From positions 146,692,001-146,756,000 of the forward strand of contig OX597816.1 in assembly GCA_951406725.2 (NCBI GenBank): a stretch of 64,000 nt of DNA, written 5' to 3'. This document shows, one piece after another, positions 12,575-26,539 of this stretch. Below the pieces are notes generated by a model. It was not told the origin of the DNA. It saw only the letters and a program-made list of their open reading frames with translations, and made no database searches. Source of the DNA: Octopus vulgaris (Eukaryota). The stretch's first letter is position 1. Each line of letters begins with the position of its first letter. The position numbers and the translations under genes are program-made.

Positions 12575-15217
12575 ATATATACATTATATGCAAGTACATA
12601 CGTACAAACACAATGATAGAATCTGGAAAAGCCTTCAATAAAATTGTCTAGCATATTATTAACTATTTAATGTTTCCAAAACGTATTTATTAGATATTCA
12701 AAATCTTATTCGCAATATACTCGAAATATTATTTGTTTCTTATTTCCTTAATAAAGTTATTTCAATTTCTTTTTGTGAATACCAATATTTCAACTGACAT
12801 TTTTTTCTTTCTCATTTTGTACTGCGTCAGGTTTCCAACAATGAAATATGAGAGATGATGCAATCAATTTGTTTTATATTTATCATATATGACATATCCA
12901 CAGTTTTATGTTGTTGATATAGCACCAAATAAAGCAATTGATTTGTGAAACGTGTGATAATTCATTTCATTTCTATGCACACTTACCGCTACATATATGT
13001 AGGCATGCAAAGTTTTCATATAAAATAACTCATTCCAGTGTGACTATAGTCGACACAGAATATGAAAATTTAATAAGAATCAAAATACATGTATCTTGAT
13101 GACATCTGACATGAAGTGTGATATTCGTCACATATGAACGTAAAATACACTCATGCTGATACAGTCATACACACACACACACGCACACGCACCCACACAT
13201 ACACATACATACATACATACATACATACATACATACGCTGTATAATACACACTGAAATCATGATTTTTATTTTTCCGAGAGCAATGACACTCGTTGCACA
13301 GAATTACAAGATATCAAGTGTATGAATGTGTGAGTATCTATATATTTATATATTACGATCTAAATAAATATGTGCATGTTTATTTGTGTGTGTCTATGTG
13401 TGTATTGTTGTGTGGTGTATATGTGTGAGTATTTATGTGTGTATGTGTGACTGTGATTGTTGGGGTGTGTTCCTGCTCCCTTCAATGTAAAGTTTGTAAG
13501 TTGAACAAGATGGGGACAATGATCTCACTTTATTGACAATAGTTAACGTCCCATAATATCTGATTCTCTAATCCTTCGCAGATATAGAAATAGCATATTT
13601 ACATACAAACATGAGAAAATATAAAAACTGGTGAACATTTCTTCTTAATTCATTCTTTCTATATTTTCGGTAGCGAATTTGTTACATTTGACATCAGTAA
13701 ATCTGTGTTGTGTATCACTAGTTATGACTTACAAATATATCTCTTATTTTAGACTAGAAAAACAGTTTTCAGTATTGATATTTATACAGCAGTGTAGGTA
13801 CCCTGCACAGTTTCAACCGAATAAGATAAAGAGAACAACAGTTGACTATATTAATCACATACAACAGAAAGATAGAATGCCCGCTATCTCCACACATCCT
13901 CCACTCTAACATCTCTGGCGATATTTCATAACTAGAGTATTATTCATGAATTTATAGTAATGTTACTTTTATATAATCAAATGTGATATACAGCGACCAA
14001 GTAGAATATAACGGCTAGATTGGTAAATTTTCACTCACTTAATACTGTATTTACAAACGCAATCTGTTGACACCTACTAAAAAAAGGAAAGGGAAAAAGT
14101 GCAAACATTAGGAATTCACAAGTTTTGTGGTTTTATATGAGCTTCCTACATGCATGAACCTACGGACATTTCTGAAAATATCGTGGGTGATGTGGTATTC
14201 TTTAAATCACACAGATCTTTTCATATACTTTTTTATTATAAAGCATATATATTCTTTGATGAGTGTATTAGTATGCATGTGAATATATACTTTGTGAAAG
14301 TAATCCTCTTGGTTCATATGTTGAACACACACACACATACATACACGTTTATACATACATACAAACATACATGCAAATAGATAGATGGATAGATAGACAG
14401 AGAGAGAGAGAGACAGGGAGAAAGATATAGAGATAGTGGGCGCGCGAGAGAGAGATAGCAAGAGAGAAATAAAGACAGACAGATATGCCCAGACACATGC
14501 ACACGCTCGCATACACACTCGCGCATATATTTCTTTTTTTTTATATATCAGTCTAATCTCGTGCCTCTCCATCCACACAAATACAATTTCATCTGTATTT
14601 ATGAAGAAAATATGGATGAAGAATATATCTATTATTGTCACTTTTGTTGATATTATATACAAGAATATATTGGAATATTCTTCATCTTGGTTATCACATG
14701 ACCTATATAGATAAATCAAAAGGCAATAAAATATTATAATAATAGAATCACAAACGTTATAAAAAATTATTGCTACTACTTACGAAGAAATATTTATTCG
14801 TTGTATTTTTCTTCATTACAAAAATTAGAAATTTCGTAATTATTTTTTATTACAAGAATTTGTTCTGATATTATGCGCGTGTTGTTTATTTCCGTTTCAT
14901 TAATGAAGACATTTCAAACTGTAATTGAAGAATATCCTTATATTCAGAGGCATTTTTATCTTTTCTTCGGTGTATTTTGTTGCATCATGGTTCAAGGCAT
15001 AATGTATATACTGTATAATGTAAAAAATTACCTATATCTGAGATATTTCAGATAGATTTCCTATGTGTGTGTATGTATGAGTGTGCATGCGTATGTATTG
15101 CGTGTGTTTTTGCGAGCGTATGTGGGTGAATGACAGTGACTGTGTGTATGTATGCAAATCATTTTCTCTCTCTTTCACTATATATATAAATATGTATATA
15201 TAAATATAATGTATTAC

Positions 15218-15249
<32 letters not shown>

Positions 15250-15259
15250 ATACATATAC

Positions 15260-15300
<41 letters not shown>

Positions 15301-15340
15301 TACATATACATACATATATATACATATATATATATACATA

Positions 15341-15431
<91 letters not shown>

Positions 15432-16650
15432 TACATATATATAAATATACATAGAAATAGAATATTAGTGTATAAATGTAATAAAGTAGGTAGTATCGAG
15501 TTTCATTTCCTATTCTATAACATATCATTTTTGATATATTGCATATAGGAACATACATCTCTACTAAATCGTCAAACACGTAAATAATAGTTTCAATCAC
15601 TCAACATTATTGTGAAGTTATTGTCTTCTTCAAAAGTATGTTTATTAAATATTGCTACAAACAGACAGTGCACATTTGAACTTATATTACACGTTAGATC
15701 TTCATTTAATGAATGTTATACTCGTATACATACAATTATATGCACTATATGCAAATATTTGAATGTGCGTGTTTGTATACGCTCATCCATACGTACGTAC
15801 ATGCATGCAAGCACACACCACTGCGAAATAATATTTGGTATGCGTACAAGTAGCTAAAGCGTGAGGAAACATCTTATTGCAATGTAGAATGTTGTTATTG
15901 AATTTCAGGCATTACACTCTCATATAATTTGCCAGGGCGTGGTGCTTCATTAACTAGTAATAGTGATTGACGTAAACACCATGACTACGTTTCGTATTTC
16001 GCAGAGCAGTCATCCAACAATGCATTACTATCAGACCTCTTTAATGAATGCATCGATCTCCGAGCAACAGCAAAATGCTTTCTACACTCCTGTGTACAGC
16101 AAGAAGCATTTTTCGTGCAATCGTCCCGGGGACAAAAATAGAGGGATCGGTTTGACCATATTTGTATCTGCTTCTCATCTCATTGACAATTATGCAGCCT
16201 TTATAACTCTCAGCAGAGATATTGTGTTTATATGCATTTGAATATTCATGAGCTTAAATTTGTGATAAGCTTTGCATAAAAAAGAAAACCCCATTACATG
16301 CAATACATATACGTCTCGCAATGATGTGTCAGATATATTTGTCACCAACACTAGTGATTATTTCCTCAATGTCATGTGTAGTTAAAAGTTGATATTATAT
16401 CATTATACACTGATGAAATTATGACACAGAAGGGAAATAGATAATGAAATAGAGTCAAACCAAAATTATTTTTACTCGTCAAATATAAGAAACAAATTAT
16501 CCTGGCTGGCAAAACTCTATGTGAGTAGACTTTAATAATCTTCGAAAACGCACACTACCAACAGAAACAGGTTTGGAAGATGTAAGTATTCAAACGGTTA
16601 TTATATCAACATGTGCATATATATACACACATTTACATAGATAATTGTAC

Positions 16651-16693
<43 letters not shown>

Positions 16694-16731
16694 GATATAT
16701 ATATAGAGGTATATATAATGTATATATATAC

Positions 16732-16840
<109 letters not shown>

Positions 16841-16948
16841 AATGGGGGCTTATTTCACAGGTGATCTAAACGATTAGGTACGCTACGTAAGTGCTGTAAC
16901 AGATTACTAAGGCTGCTTTGTAGCAATATTTAATAAAGCTACATACAT

Positions 16949-16987
<39 letters not shown>

Positions 16988-17597
16988 TAAATTCACACAT
17001 ATCTGTAAATATATAGATATATTTACACACATACCTGTATGTTTTTTGTGAGTATACACCTGTACTTGTACGTATGTATGTATGCATGTATGTATGTATT
17101 CAAATGTATGTGCGTATGTGTGCGTGTGTGTGAGTGTGTGTGTTCACATATGTGGGTGATTCTTTTTTTCTGTGAACTTATAATAAACTTACATTTGCAA
17201 GCAGATGTCACTGAGAGTAAATTGCAACGCTAGAAAATTAGCTACGCTTAAATTAATGTATTAATCTTACGAAGTTCACAATAGTGCTTCCTCAAATAAA
17301 TGGGACACCAGAAGCAAAGCAAACTTAATTTAGCAAATTCCGAATTCCATTAACCGCGATTCACAAAATGTAATCAAGTTCTAAAGAAAAAAAGAAAACA
17401 GAAAAACCAATCGAGATTGATTGACTCATTTATATTAGTAGTGAAAAGTTACGTCTGGCAACGAACTAAGTGTTTGAAGAATCATATATACATTCGATTA
17501 TACGCAAAGCTCATACAGCCATGCATGTGTGTTTGTGTACGTGTGTATGTGTGTGAGTGGCTGGGTGTGGTTTTGCGTGTCTGTGTTTGTATGTGTG

Positions 17598-17640
<43 letters not shown>

Positions 17641-17720
17641 CATACACACATTTATTTATTTATTATATATAATACATAAACACATTTATTTATTCCTATA
17701 TATATATATATATATATATA

Positions 17721-17984
17721 TAGGAATAAATAAATATACATATATATGCATATATATGAGAGGTATTGATATCCAGCAGACGTAATATGGCAGGAAAGGA
17801 TATGTAAGTGCTACGGGTGGACCGTAGTTAAACTCCCCGTACGATGATAATACAAGCGAAGAGTCCAATGCGGGTCTTGTGTGAGCATGTATATGTTAAA
17901 TAAAATGAATAACAAAACCAACGGTGTGTGGAATTTATAGGCTACACCACCTTTTCGTCTTTTGTTGCTTTTTGTGAATTCTCT

Positions 17985-17987
<3 letters not shown>
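17721..17987 (+). mobile_element. Short element between (TA)n tracts sharing the 3' end of the hammerhead-bearing family
   Basis: Ends cacc..ttcgtcttttgttgctttttgtgaattctctcc-(AT)n, homologous to the minus-strand end at 7141. Confidence 0.6.
17810..17892 (+). ncRNA. Candidate pistol-like self-cleaving ribozyme (degenerate)
   Basis: P1 ctacgg/ccgtag, loop gtgga, TTAAA, then AG-tccaat-GCG (loop tgga pairs with tcca), P3 ggtc/gagc with one mismatch, AT at the GU site, P2 atac or gtac with gtat. Fitted by eye only. Confidence 0.35.
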
Positions 17988-18042
<55 letters not shown>

Positions 18043-18044
<2 letters not shown>

Positions 18045-18291
18045 GGACTTAAACACACCAAAATCGGTTGTCAACCAATGCTAGTGGGACAAACATACAT
18101 ACACACACATATATATATATACATATATACGACAGGCTTCTTTCAGTTTCCGTCTACCAAATCCACTCTCAATGCTTTGGTCGGCCCGAGGCTATAGTAG
18201 AAGACACTTGCCCAAGATGCCACGCAGTGGGACTGAACCCGGAACCATGTGGTTGGTAAGCAAGCTACTCACCACACAGCCACTCCTGCGC

Positions 18292-18292
<1 letters not shown>
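18043..18292 (-). mobile_element. SINE family A
   Basis: Reverse complement of the 8213 family; well-preserved head aggcgcaggagtggctgtgtgg. Confidence 0.85.
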
Positions 18293-18341
<49 letters not shown>

Positions 18342-18431
18342 TTATTGCCTACAAATATGAGTACAAACAAACTCGTATATGCGTGTATAATATATATATA
18401 AATACATATGTATATGTGGTGTGTATGTCTG

Positions 18432-18475
<44 letters not shown>

Positions 18476-20507
18476 AGCATCTGAAAATATATGTATAAAT
18501 CTGCAAATGTTCAGAATACATGTCAGACTATAACGTTAAGTAACCAAAACCTGAGAGTATCGTTTAAGAAAAATTGTCAATACTTTTACTAAAAGGGTCC
18601 TTGTTCTCTACAGATCAGCAAACACATTGCAATACTCTGACACTTATAAATAATGTCCATTAGTTGACAAAGGTCACACAACTTAGCAGCCGGGGAAAAT
18701 TTTTAAATACAAAATATGCAAAATATAAAATAAAAGTCTGTCGAATTTCCTATTAGTTAGCTATATTCACACCGTGAACTTTCCTATACCTTTTGAATTA
18801 CGTCTTTTCTGAAGCCCTGCAACTATTTTCTTCCATTTAGACATTTGAAAGAGAGTTACTATAGTCTGTTGAAATTATCAGTATATATCATTAACGGAAA
18901 ATTAAGATTTATATTTCGACACTAAAACTGAAATTAATAGTATTCTGAACTTATTTACCCATTATTGTCAAAAGACATAAATTATGATATATTATTTAGT
19001 CTGTAATCTTTAAACATAAACATGTGAAGGTGATTAAGCTTATGAGGATAACCATGATGTTTTCAATTTCCTGAGATGATGAACTGTTTCATGCAATTAG
19101 CATTGTCAGCACTGGCTTCATTAGTTTTATTTCTCTAATGATAGAGTATGAAAGTTTAAATATATAAATTTGATGTAGGCAGCGCTTTATTACGAAGGGA
19201 CGAGTGGAATATTCCGAAATCGTCTCTTTCGGAAAATGAACTTAAGATCGGTTACTGAGTGATGTAGCCGTTTTCTGTATGTTATCGATTGGTAATAAAC
19301 CTCCGCATTTTAGGTATTCGTATCAACTTACATGTGGCTTGAGATAAAGAGCTTAAAATAGTAGTTTAAAATCACTAATTATTTATAATACTTGCTGTTA
19401 TATACGATAATTGCATCCTTTGTACAATTAAGAACATGGAACTATTTATACTTAATACATCGGACATATAGACTTGAAAACCATAGAAAATTTAGAGCCT
19501 TTTTATTATGGATGGTAGTGTAAACGACGAGCAGTTGTAAAGTGAACCTGGCTAAATCTTAATTTTATAGAAATAGATACGTTTCGACTTAGTGTTAGAT
19601 CATTAAGTACATACGACGTCAACATTCATTTAATGCTTACAAGTAGTCAAACTTTAGTTTCATATAGAACCGAGTCCTAAAGGCCGCCATTGTTTCTAAG
19701 GTGGAAATGCGACAAAATCTATAAGAACTCTATATGATGTGTCTTATAAACTATTATATCACAGGATTTCCATTGCACACTTTATGTTCATAAATTATAT
19801 TTCTACTAAAGAACTTAAATCACTGTAAGGAAATTAGCCTTATCTGTCGCTTTTCTTTTTTCATGCAAATGTTTATGTAGCCAGCGACAGTTACTCACTT
19901 CGAACATTGCATAATCTAAATATTCATGACTATTGCAATTATTTACACCTGAAAAGATTTGGTCCCGGTCAATTTTGATTAGGAACTTGAAACGTTTAGA
20001 ACATATTACAAACTGTTCAGTTATTGCACTGCTGATTTATTACAGATTCGTATATTTTTGTATTTGTATGTATTTTTGAATCAACGTGTTTAAGTTCCTT
20101 AGGAATTTATTTATTTATTGCTCGCAGACTTCTAGCTGATCATTAACAAAGAAGCAATGTTCTTTCGGTATTGCCAAGACATTTCTTGGGATCTGTGAAT
20201 AGATGGATAAGTAGCTGTGTGTACATATGCAAACGCATGTGTGGATAAATTTCCATTGATATGGAAGACGTTGCACAACACATCGGTTACATAAACGTGT
20301 ATTTCATTACTGTTTATGTACATCTGTGTATATTGCACACTCACAAATATAATTTTGTGCATATCTTCATTCCACACATCTCAAAGCGTCATTAGTTGTA
20401 GCCCTTTACAGATTTTTCCCTGCTGCACTAATTGATTGTACTTGCAGAATGCGAATCATTTTCCATTATTTCTAAAAGTGCATGCAACTTAGTTAAACAT
20501 ATCTCTA

Positions 20508-20574
<67 letters not shown>

Positions 20575-22019
20575 TGTATGTGACTGTATACTACGAACTT
20601 TGCTTGGCTAGTGGTTCATTCTTATAGCGAGAAAACTTGGGCAAGTATATTTTGTTATATATATATTGGTATGAATCTCGATAATCATGATTATCTCGAT
20701 AATATATTGGCAGGACCTGAGCTCTTACTGAAACCTGTTGGACAATGACAAAATTATATACATGTGTGTGCGTGTGTGTGTGTGGGTGTGTGTGTGTGCG
20801 TATACGCGTGTGCCTATGTGTATAACTACACGAGAAGAAAGACATACTGATTAGATACTTATGCAAATTTGCCCCTCCATGAAGAAATATGTAAATGTGT
20901 ATAGGAAATTTTATTTTATAATATATGTTTGTCTATGGAAATGTAGATGCAGATAAAGTATATTATCAGCCATAATCATTAAGGAAGTCCAGGATCAAAG
21001 CTTTCAGAAATTTATATGGAAATTAAATCTTTTCTAAGCATACTATATATTTCTCTCTGTTTTTAATGCAAAAATATTTCTTCATTGTTTTATCCATGCT
21101 TATTACTCAAAAGAAAATGTTTATTGCTACATGTATGTTACACATTTCCAGATCTTCATTTTATCACTTTAGGTACAATTGAAAACAATACTTTGATAAT
21201 TAAAGATTAAGTGTTATTAATAAGGTGAGTAATATTATTGCATATGACAATATACATAACAGACAATACAGCATTAAAGTAAGAAATTTCTACATATATT
21301 TTCTCCAGTTGATTGTAGTTATACGTTTTATATAAATGAAGCAACGTTACGAACTCAGGTTATGGTTACGAAATATTTGAAGCTTACCTCTAAATAAAAC
21401 CAGCTATATTTACATCATTGCATGGTATTATCATTCCTAGATTAAATAGAACAGCCAAACATAAATACGATTCCTGAAACCTACACCCTGCCAATTGCAA
21501 ATCTTTCCCAAATAAGTTATTACTTAGCTACAGAAAAAAAAACGTATCTTAGCTGACTCACTACAGATTATATCAAACCCATCTATATATTCAGGTGTAT
21601 CTAGTGATCCTACAGTCATAACCAAACTCTAGTAAACACAAACTCATTTTTTTCCTTTGTGATTATTTGGTTCTGCCAATTTTTCTGACATTTAAAAACA
21701 TCTTAGTATTTACGTATCCTTAAAACATTTCTGATTTCTGTACATCACAGAATGAAAGCTCACGCTAAATTAATTCTTATGAGTGCATATAGCTAACGTT
21801 ATTTGAAATTTTAGACAAACACTGCCATATCTTTAGAATTCCTCTCAAGAATACTTCTGGAAAATATATCATGAATGAACATAAATATATGCATAATTTG
21901 TCCAACAGTTCGTTTCCAAAATGCCAAATTGATATAGGTATCCTAAGAAATTATACTTAAATAAATGCAATCTCATATATTACATAATCATACACTTCTG
22001 ATGTATAATATGAACTGAG

Positions 22020-22397
22020 CAGGAAGTAGATTGCTTACAAACTAAATGGGTCTAGGTACAGTACCACTGCGTGGCACGTTGGGCAAGTGTCTTCTACTAT
22101 AGCCTCGAACCAACCAAAGCCTTGTGAGTGAATTTCGTAGAAGGAAACTGAAAGAAGCCCGTTGTGTATATATGTACATGTGTTTGTGTGTCTGTGTTTG
22201 TCCCTCAACATCGCTTGACAATTGATGCTGGTGTGTTTGCGTCCCCGTGACTTAGCGGTTCGGCAAAAGATATCCGATAGAATAAGCACTGGGCTTACAC
22301 AGAATAAGTCTAGGGGTTGATTTGCTCGACAAAAGGCGGTGCTCCAGCATGGCCGTAGTAAAATGACTGATGCAAATAAAAGAATAAAAGAATATAA
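22020..22397 (+). mobile_element. SINE family A
   Basis: gggcaagtgtcttctactatagcctcg..cttagcggttcggcaaaaga..ccagcatggccg. Confidence 0.85.
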
Positions 22398-22974
22398 GAA
22401 CGGAAAGGATCCCAGTCATATCTGATAGTATATAATGAGTCATTATGTAGAAATCTACTCAGGTAATTTTTCCTCCTTGCACGAAATACTGTGAAACGGT
22501 GCCGTTCTTTTACGCCAAACCATCATCCTTTTTCTTCTTCTTTACAGAATCTGACATATTACTTGGATCTACATTTTCAAATAACACTATTAAAGTACTC
22601 GCCATATCTCTACAACAATATATCATAGAAAACTTGAAGCAAAACCAAATTATTATGCGTTTCTTATCCCTTAGTTTCTTCATATAAGGATATGAATGTA
22701 TTGTGATTTGAGCAGGACTTTTCTCTCAGCTACTAAGCAACTGAAACAAGCAGAAGCGTGATACAAGCTACCACAACTTATCTGCAATCTTTTTCTTTTA
22801 ACCTATACGCGGTGTTCCTATAATGTTCACAAGTATTATAACAATTATGGATTTTCATCTTCCTTTTATTTTTTTATTTACCTCATTATTACGCATCTAC
22901 TTCACCGTCATATGGTAGTATTTTAATTTAAACACCCACTTTTTGTCTAATAAAATATATATTAATATGACAAG

Positions 22975-23195
22975 ATTATAAATCATCTTTCAAACAACAA
23001 TCTTGGGCACATTTTTGAATACCATACGTCAAATAATAGTTGACATGCTTACAAAATCATAAACCAAAACAGCACCTATCACATTCGGGTGCATTTTCTG
23101 ACGCTCAGACTTGTTGAATCATGGAATAAACTAGTTGCATCACTAGTCAGTTGTCGAGAACTACATCCTTCAAAGCTTCCATGCTTTCTGTATAA
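22975..23195 (+). mobile_element. Decayed CR1/L2-group LINE 3' fragment
   Basis: Translates to HAYKI..HFLTLRLVESWNKLVASLV..SFKAS, like the C-terminal FFxxRVxxxWNxLP motif. Confidence 0.6.
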
Positions 23196-23314
23196 AAGAA
23201 TTTCTTTCATATATACATGACTAGTGTTAGCATATATATATCAGTGTGTATGTTTGTGTGTGTATATATGTGTGTGTACACACACAAACACACATATATA
23301 TATATGTATATATG

Positions 23315-23345
<31 letters not shown>

Positions 23346-23351
23346 ATGTGT

Positions 23352-23578
23352 TTGTGAGTCTTTCTGTCATCCCTGTTAGTCTCTCTTGATATCCGCTTGA
23401 TATCCGGTCTTGGTGTGTTTGCATCCCCGTAGCCTAGAGGTTTATCAAAAGAGACGGATAGAATAAGTACCAGGCTTAAAACAGAAGTACTGGGGTTGAT
23501 TCACTCGACTAAAATTTCAGAGTGGTGCCCTAGCATGGCCGCAGTCTAATGACTGAAAAAAGTAAATGATAAAATATA
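23352..23578 (+). mobile_element. SINE family A, right half
   Basis: ggtgtgttt..ccccgtagcctagagg..gatagaataagtaccaggctta..agcatggccgcagtctaatgactgaaa. Confidence 0.75.
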
Positions 23579-23673
23579 AGAGATATCTATCAATCTATCA
23601 ATCACTTTCTCTCTGTGTCTCCCTTCTCCCTCTCTTTCTCTGTCTCTCTCTTTATATGTATGTATATATATAG

Positions 23674-23986
23674 GATCACTCCGTCGGTTACGACGACGAG
23701 GGTCCCTGCTGATACGATCAACGGAACAGCCTGCTCGTGAAATTAACGTGCAAGTGACTGAGCAATCCGCATACACGCGTACGCCTAAGGTAGGACGATT
23801 CAGCGTGACACAGAATGTTACAATGCCGGCCCTTTGAAATACAGGTTCAACTCATTTTTGCCAGTAGAGTGGATTGGAGCAACGTGAAATAAATGTCTTG
23901 CTCAAGAACACAACGCGTCGCCGAGAATCGAACTCACAACCTTACAATCGTGAGCCGAATGCCCAAACCACTAGCCACGCGCCTTC
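23674..23986 (-). mobile_element. tRNA-derived SINE family C
   Basis: Minus-strand head gaaggcgcgtggctagtggt..gagttcgattctcggc..tgtgttcttgagcaagaca. Confidence 0.75.
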
Positions 23987-24090
23987 ATCTCTTTCTATAT
24001 ATGTGGACGCGAGTTTGCACATGTACATCTATTTAATTGTGTATGATATATTTCTCCAAAAGACTTGTATCGATGTACACCACGCGCGCG

Positions 24091-24125
<35 letters not shown>

Positions 24126-24589
24126 AATCAATAGAGATATACTGTAAAGTGTAGTCATTCTTTTAATTGGGAGTAGAATTAGAAAAATAATCAACAAATG
24201 TACGCGCTGAGAGTTCAAAATAATTATCAAAGTGGTTAAATGCTACCAAGTCTATTAGAAAATTCAATGTAGTGGTGATTTTCCCTGACTGAGATTAAAT
24301 TAACGCTGGGCACCTCTTTTTAATGTCCCTGTGCCCTCTACTGACATTAAAAAAACCGCCAGGTACTGATTGAATAAAATTGTAACAATATAGAAACTAA
24401 AGCATGCTCATTTATAAAGAGAATCGTAACTTTCTTTTTACTGAAGTTGATGTCTCTGTATTTTCTAACACAATTGAACTCTACATTGTATTTGGTGCGC
24501 TATATTATGTTTGTGCACACTCACAAGTTGCGCGGATACACTTATGTATATTTGTATATATGAATACATGCATATGTATATGTGTGTGA

Positions 24590-24620
<31 letters not shown>

Positions 24621-24660
24621 CGTTGTAGTGAATCATGTGTCTTATATAGAGCCTTTGAGT

Positions 24661-24693
<33 letters not shown>

Positions 24694-25037
24694 GTTGAAC
24701 TTTATTTGCTGTTATGCATAGCAAATTTTTGCAAATATTTATGCCAAGAATTAGCAACAATACTGTAAAATAACTAAACGTTAACAACTGATGGCTTAGC
24801 AGAAAATGAACAAGCTTCCTGAAGGATGCGAAACATTTTTACTTTTCATCATAAACAATAACTCACAACAACACTTAAATAGAATATATATCCTTTTTCT
24901 GTAAAGTAGCTTATATATCATTTGCAAATGAGCGTCATGTTACTCATCAATAATGCTGAGTATTTGCTGGTTTGATGTGAATAAGTTACACCTAAATATG
25001 TGTGTAGACATATATTATATGTGTGTGTATGAGCGTT

Positions 25038-25072
<35 letters not shown>

Positions 25073-26355
25073 AAAATATGTATATGTATAATAGTTACAA
25101 GATCTGAAAGAAAATATGCAAGCGAAGTAAGCAAAATAAAGCTTCTCGATGTTTCGAACTTTTGAAATGATTTGATATCCGAGATTTAACAACGTTAGCG
25201 AGCGTTTCGTTTTCTTTGGGTATTATAAAAAATAACGTAGTTTATATCAGACCACTTACATGTATGAATTTTGGCCTGATGTAGCAGCTGTTAGTTCCTA
25301 TTGTGTTACTCTTAGGAAGTGTAAAAGATGGTTAGTACTTCGTTCAAACTTCCATTTTGCTACATTTATCGAAATCCCACAGAATCCCTCTCACCAAACT
25401 GATTTGGTACACGCATACTACTCCCGCTCAGGATCAGGAATGCAGATATTGTTAGCCATTTAGGGGCATGATGAAGAAGTTAAGATCAAGCAACTGTCAA
25501 GCAATTCTGTGGTAGTGAGCAGAATATTTGATATAATGATATTTCTGCTTCGAAATCCAGCACTGAATCGGGGTTAAATGTAGTAGAAAATAGATCAGTT
25601 TCAAAACATTGATGCCCAGATTGCAAAAGCAAATTTTGAATAGAAAAGTAGCCATTTCCTTTCATTTCTAGATAGTAAAAAATACTAAATAACAGTTGCT
25701 GACCAAAGACAAAAAAATTGTTACACAGTTTAATACATATATACGTACGTACACAGTAGTAAAAAGAAATGGAAATGACATATTTAATTTATCATGAACT
25801 TCATCAGACTATGGTACTCCTTTTTTCTGCTATATGATGCATTTCACTTATTTTCTGATAATGAGTGCAATAGCCATCTCCACTTGAGGGAGAACCGATG
25901 AAGCTATAGTATGATACACGTGCACTTAATTATGCGTGCATTGCATCCCATTGCAGAAACAACTGTGAGCTAATTGAAGTTCATGATATGATCTCTTATT
26001 TTTTTTTTGTTATTCACATTTCTTATTACTGCTCTGTATTCGATTGACGCTTTGCTCTGTAGCATATGTATAATTGACTTCTAACACCTGATTCGCTATG
26101 CCCGAGGGAAGTAATAAAATATATGAGCAGGCGTACACATCACATACACATACATATACGCGCACACGCACACACACACACATACAATAATATATATTTC
26201 CCATCTCACCCACATTTGCATATAGGTATTAATTTACATAATATCATTATTTTACCTATTTTCAAATGTAGGATTTGTCCTTTTAACTAATAGGATGTAA
26301 AATGAGGGACATTTAGCTATTATATGACAAGTGCAAATTTCATGATTTTTTAATA

Positions 26356-26442
<87 letters not shown>

Positions 26443-26539
26443 GTATAGGCACACATTTATAGTTCAAATTTACGGAAAACAAAAGACGAAGATAGATGAA
26501 GAATCAACAGCAGTTATATTAGTTTATTCCCTTAGTTTT

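Noticed and set aside
19575-19612. Minus-strand ..TTAATGA..GAAACGTA hammerhead-like motif
   Set aside because: Core and stems too degenerate
21440-22700. Possible very old LINE body upstream of the 22975 fragment
   Set aside because: No motif could be read with confidence
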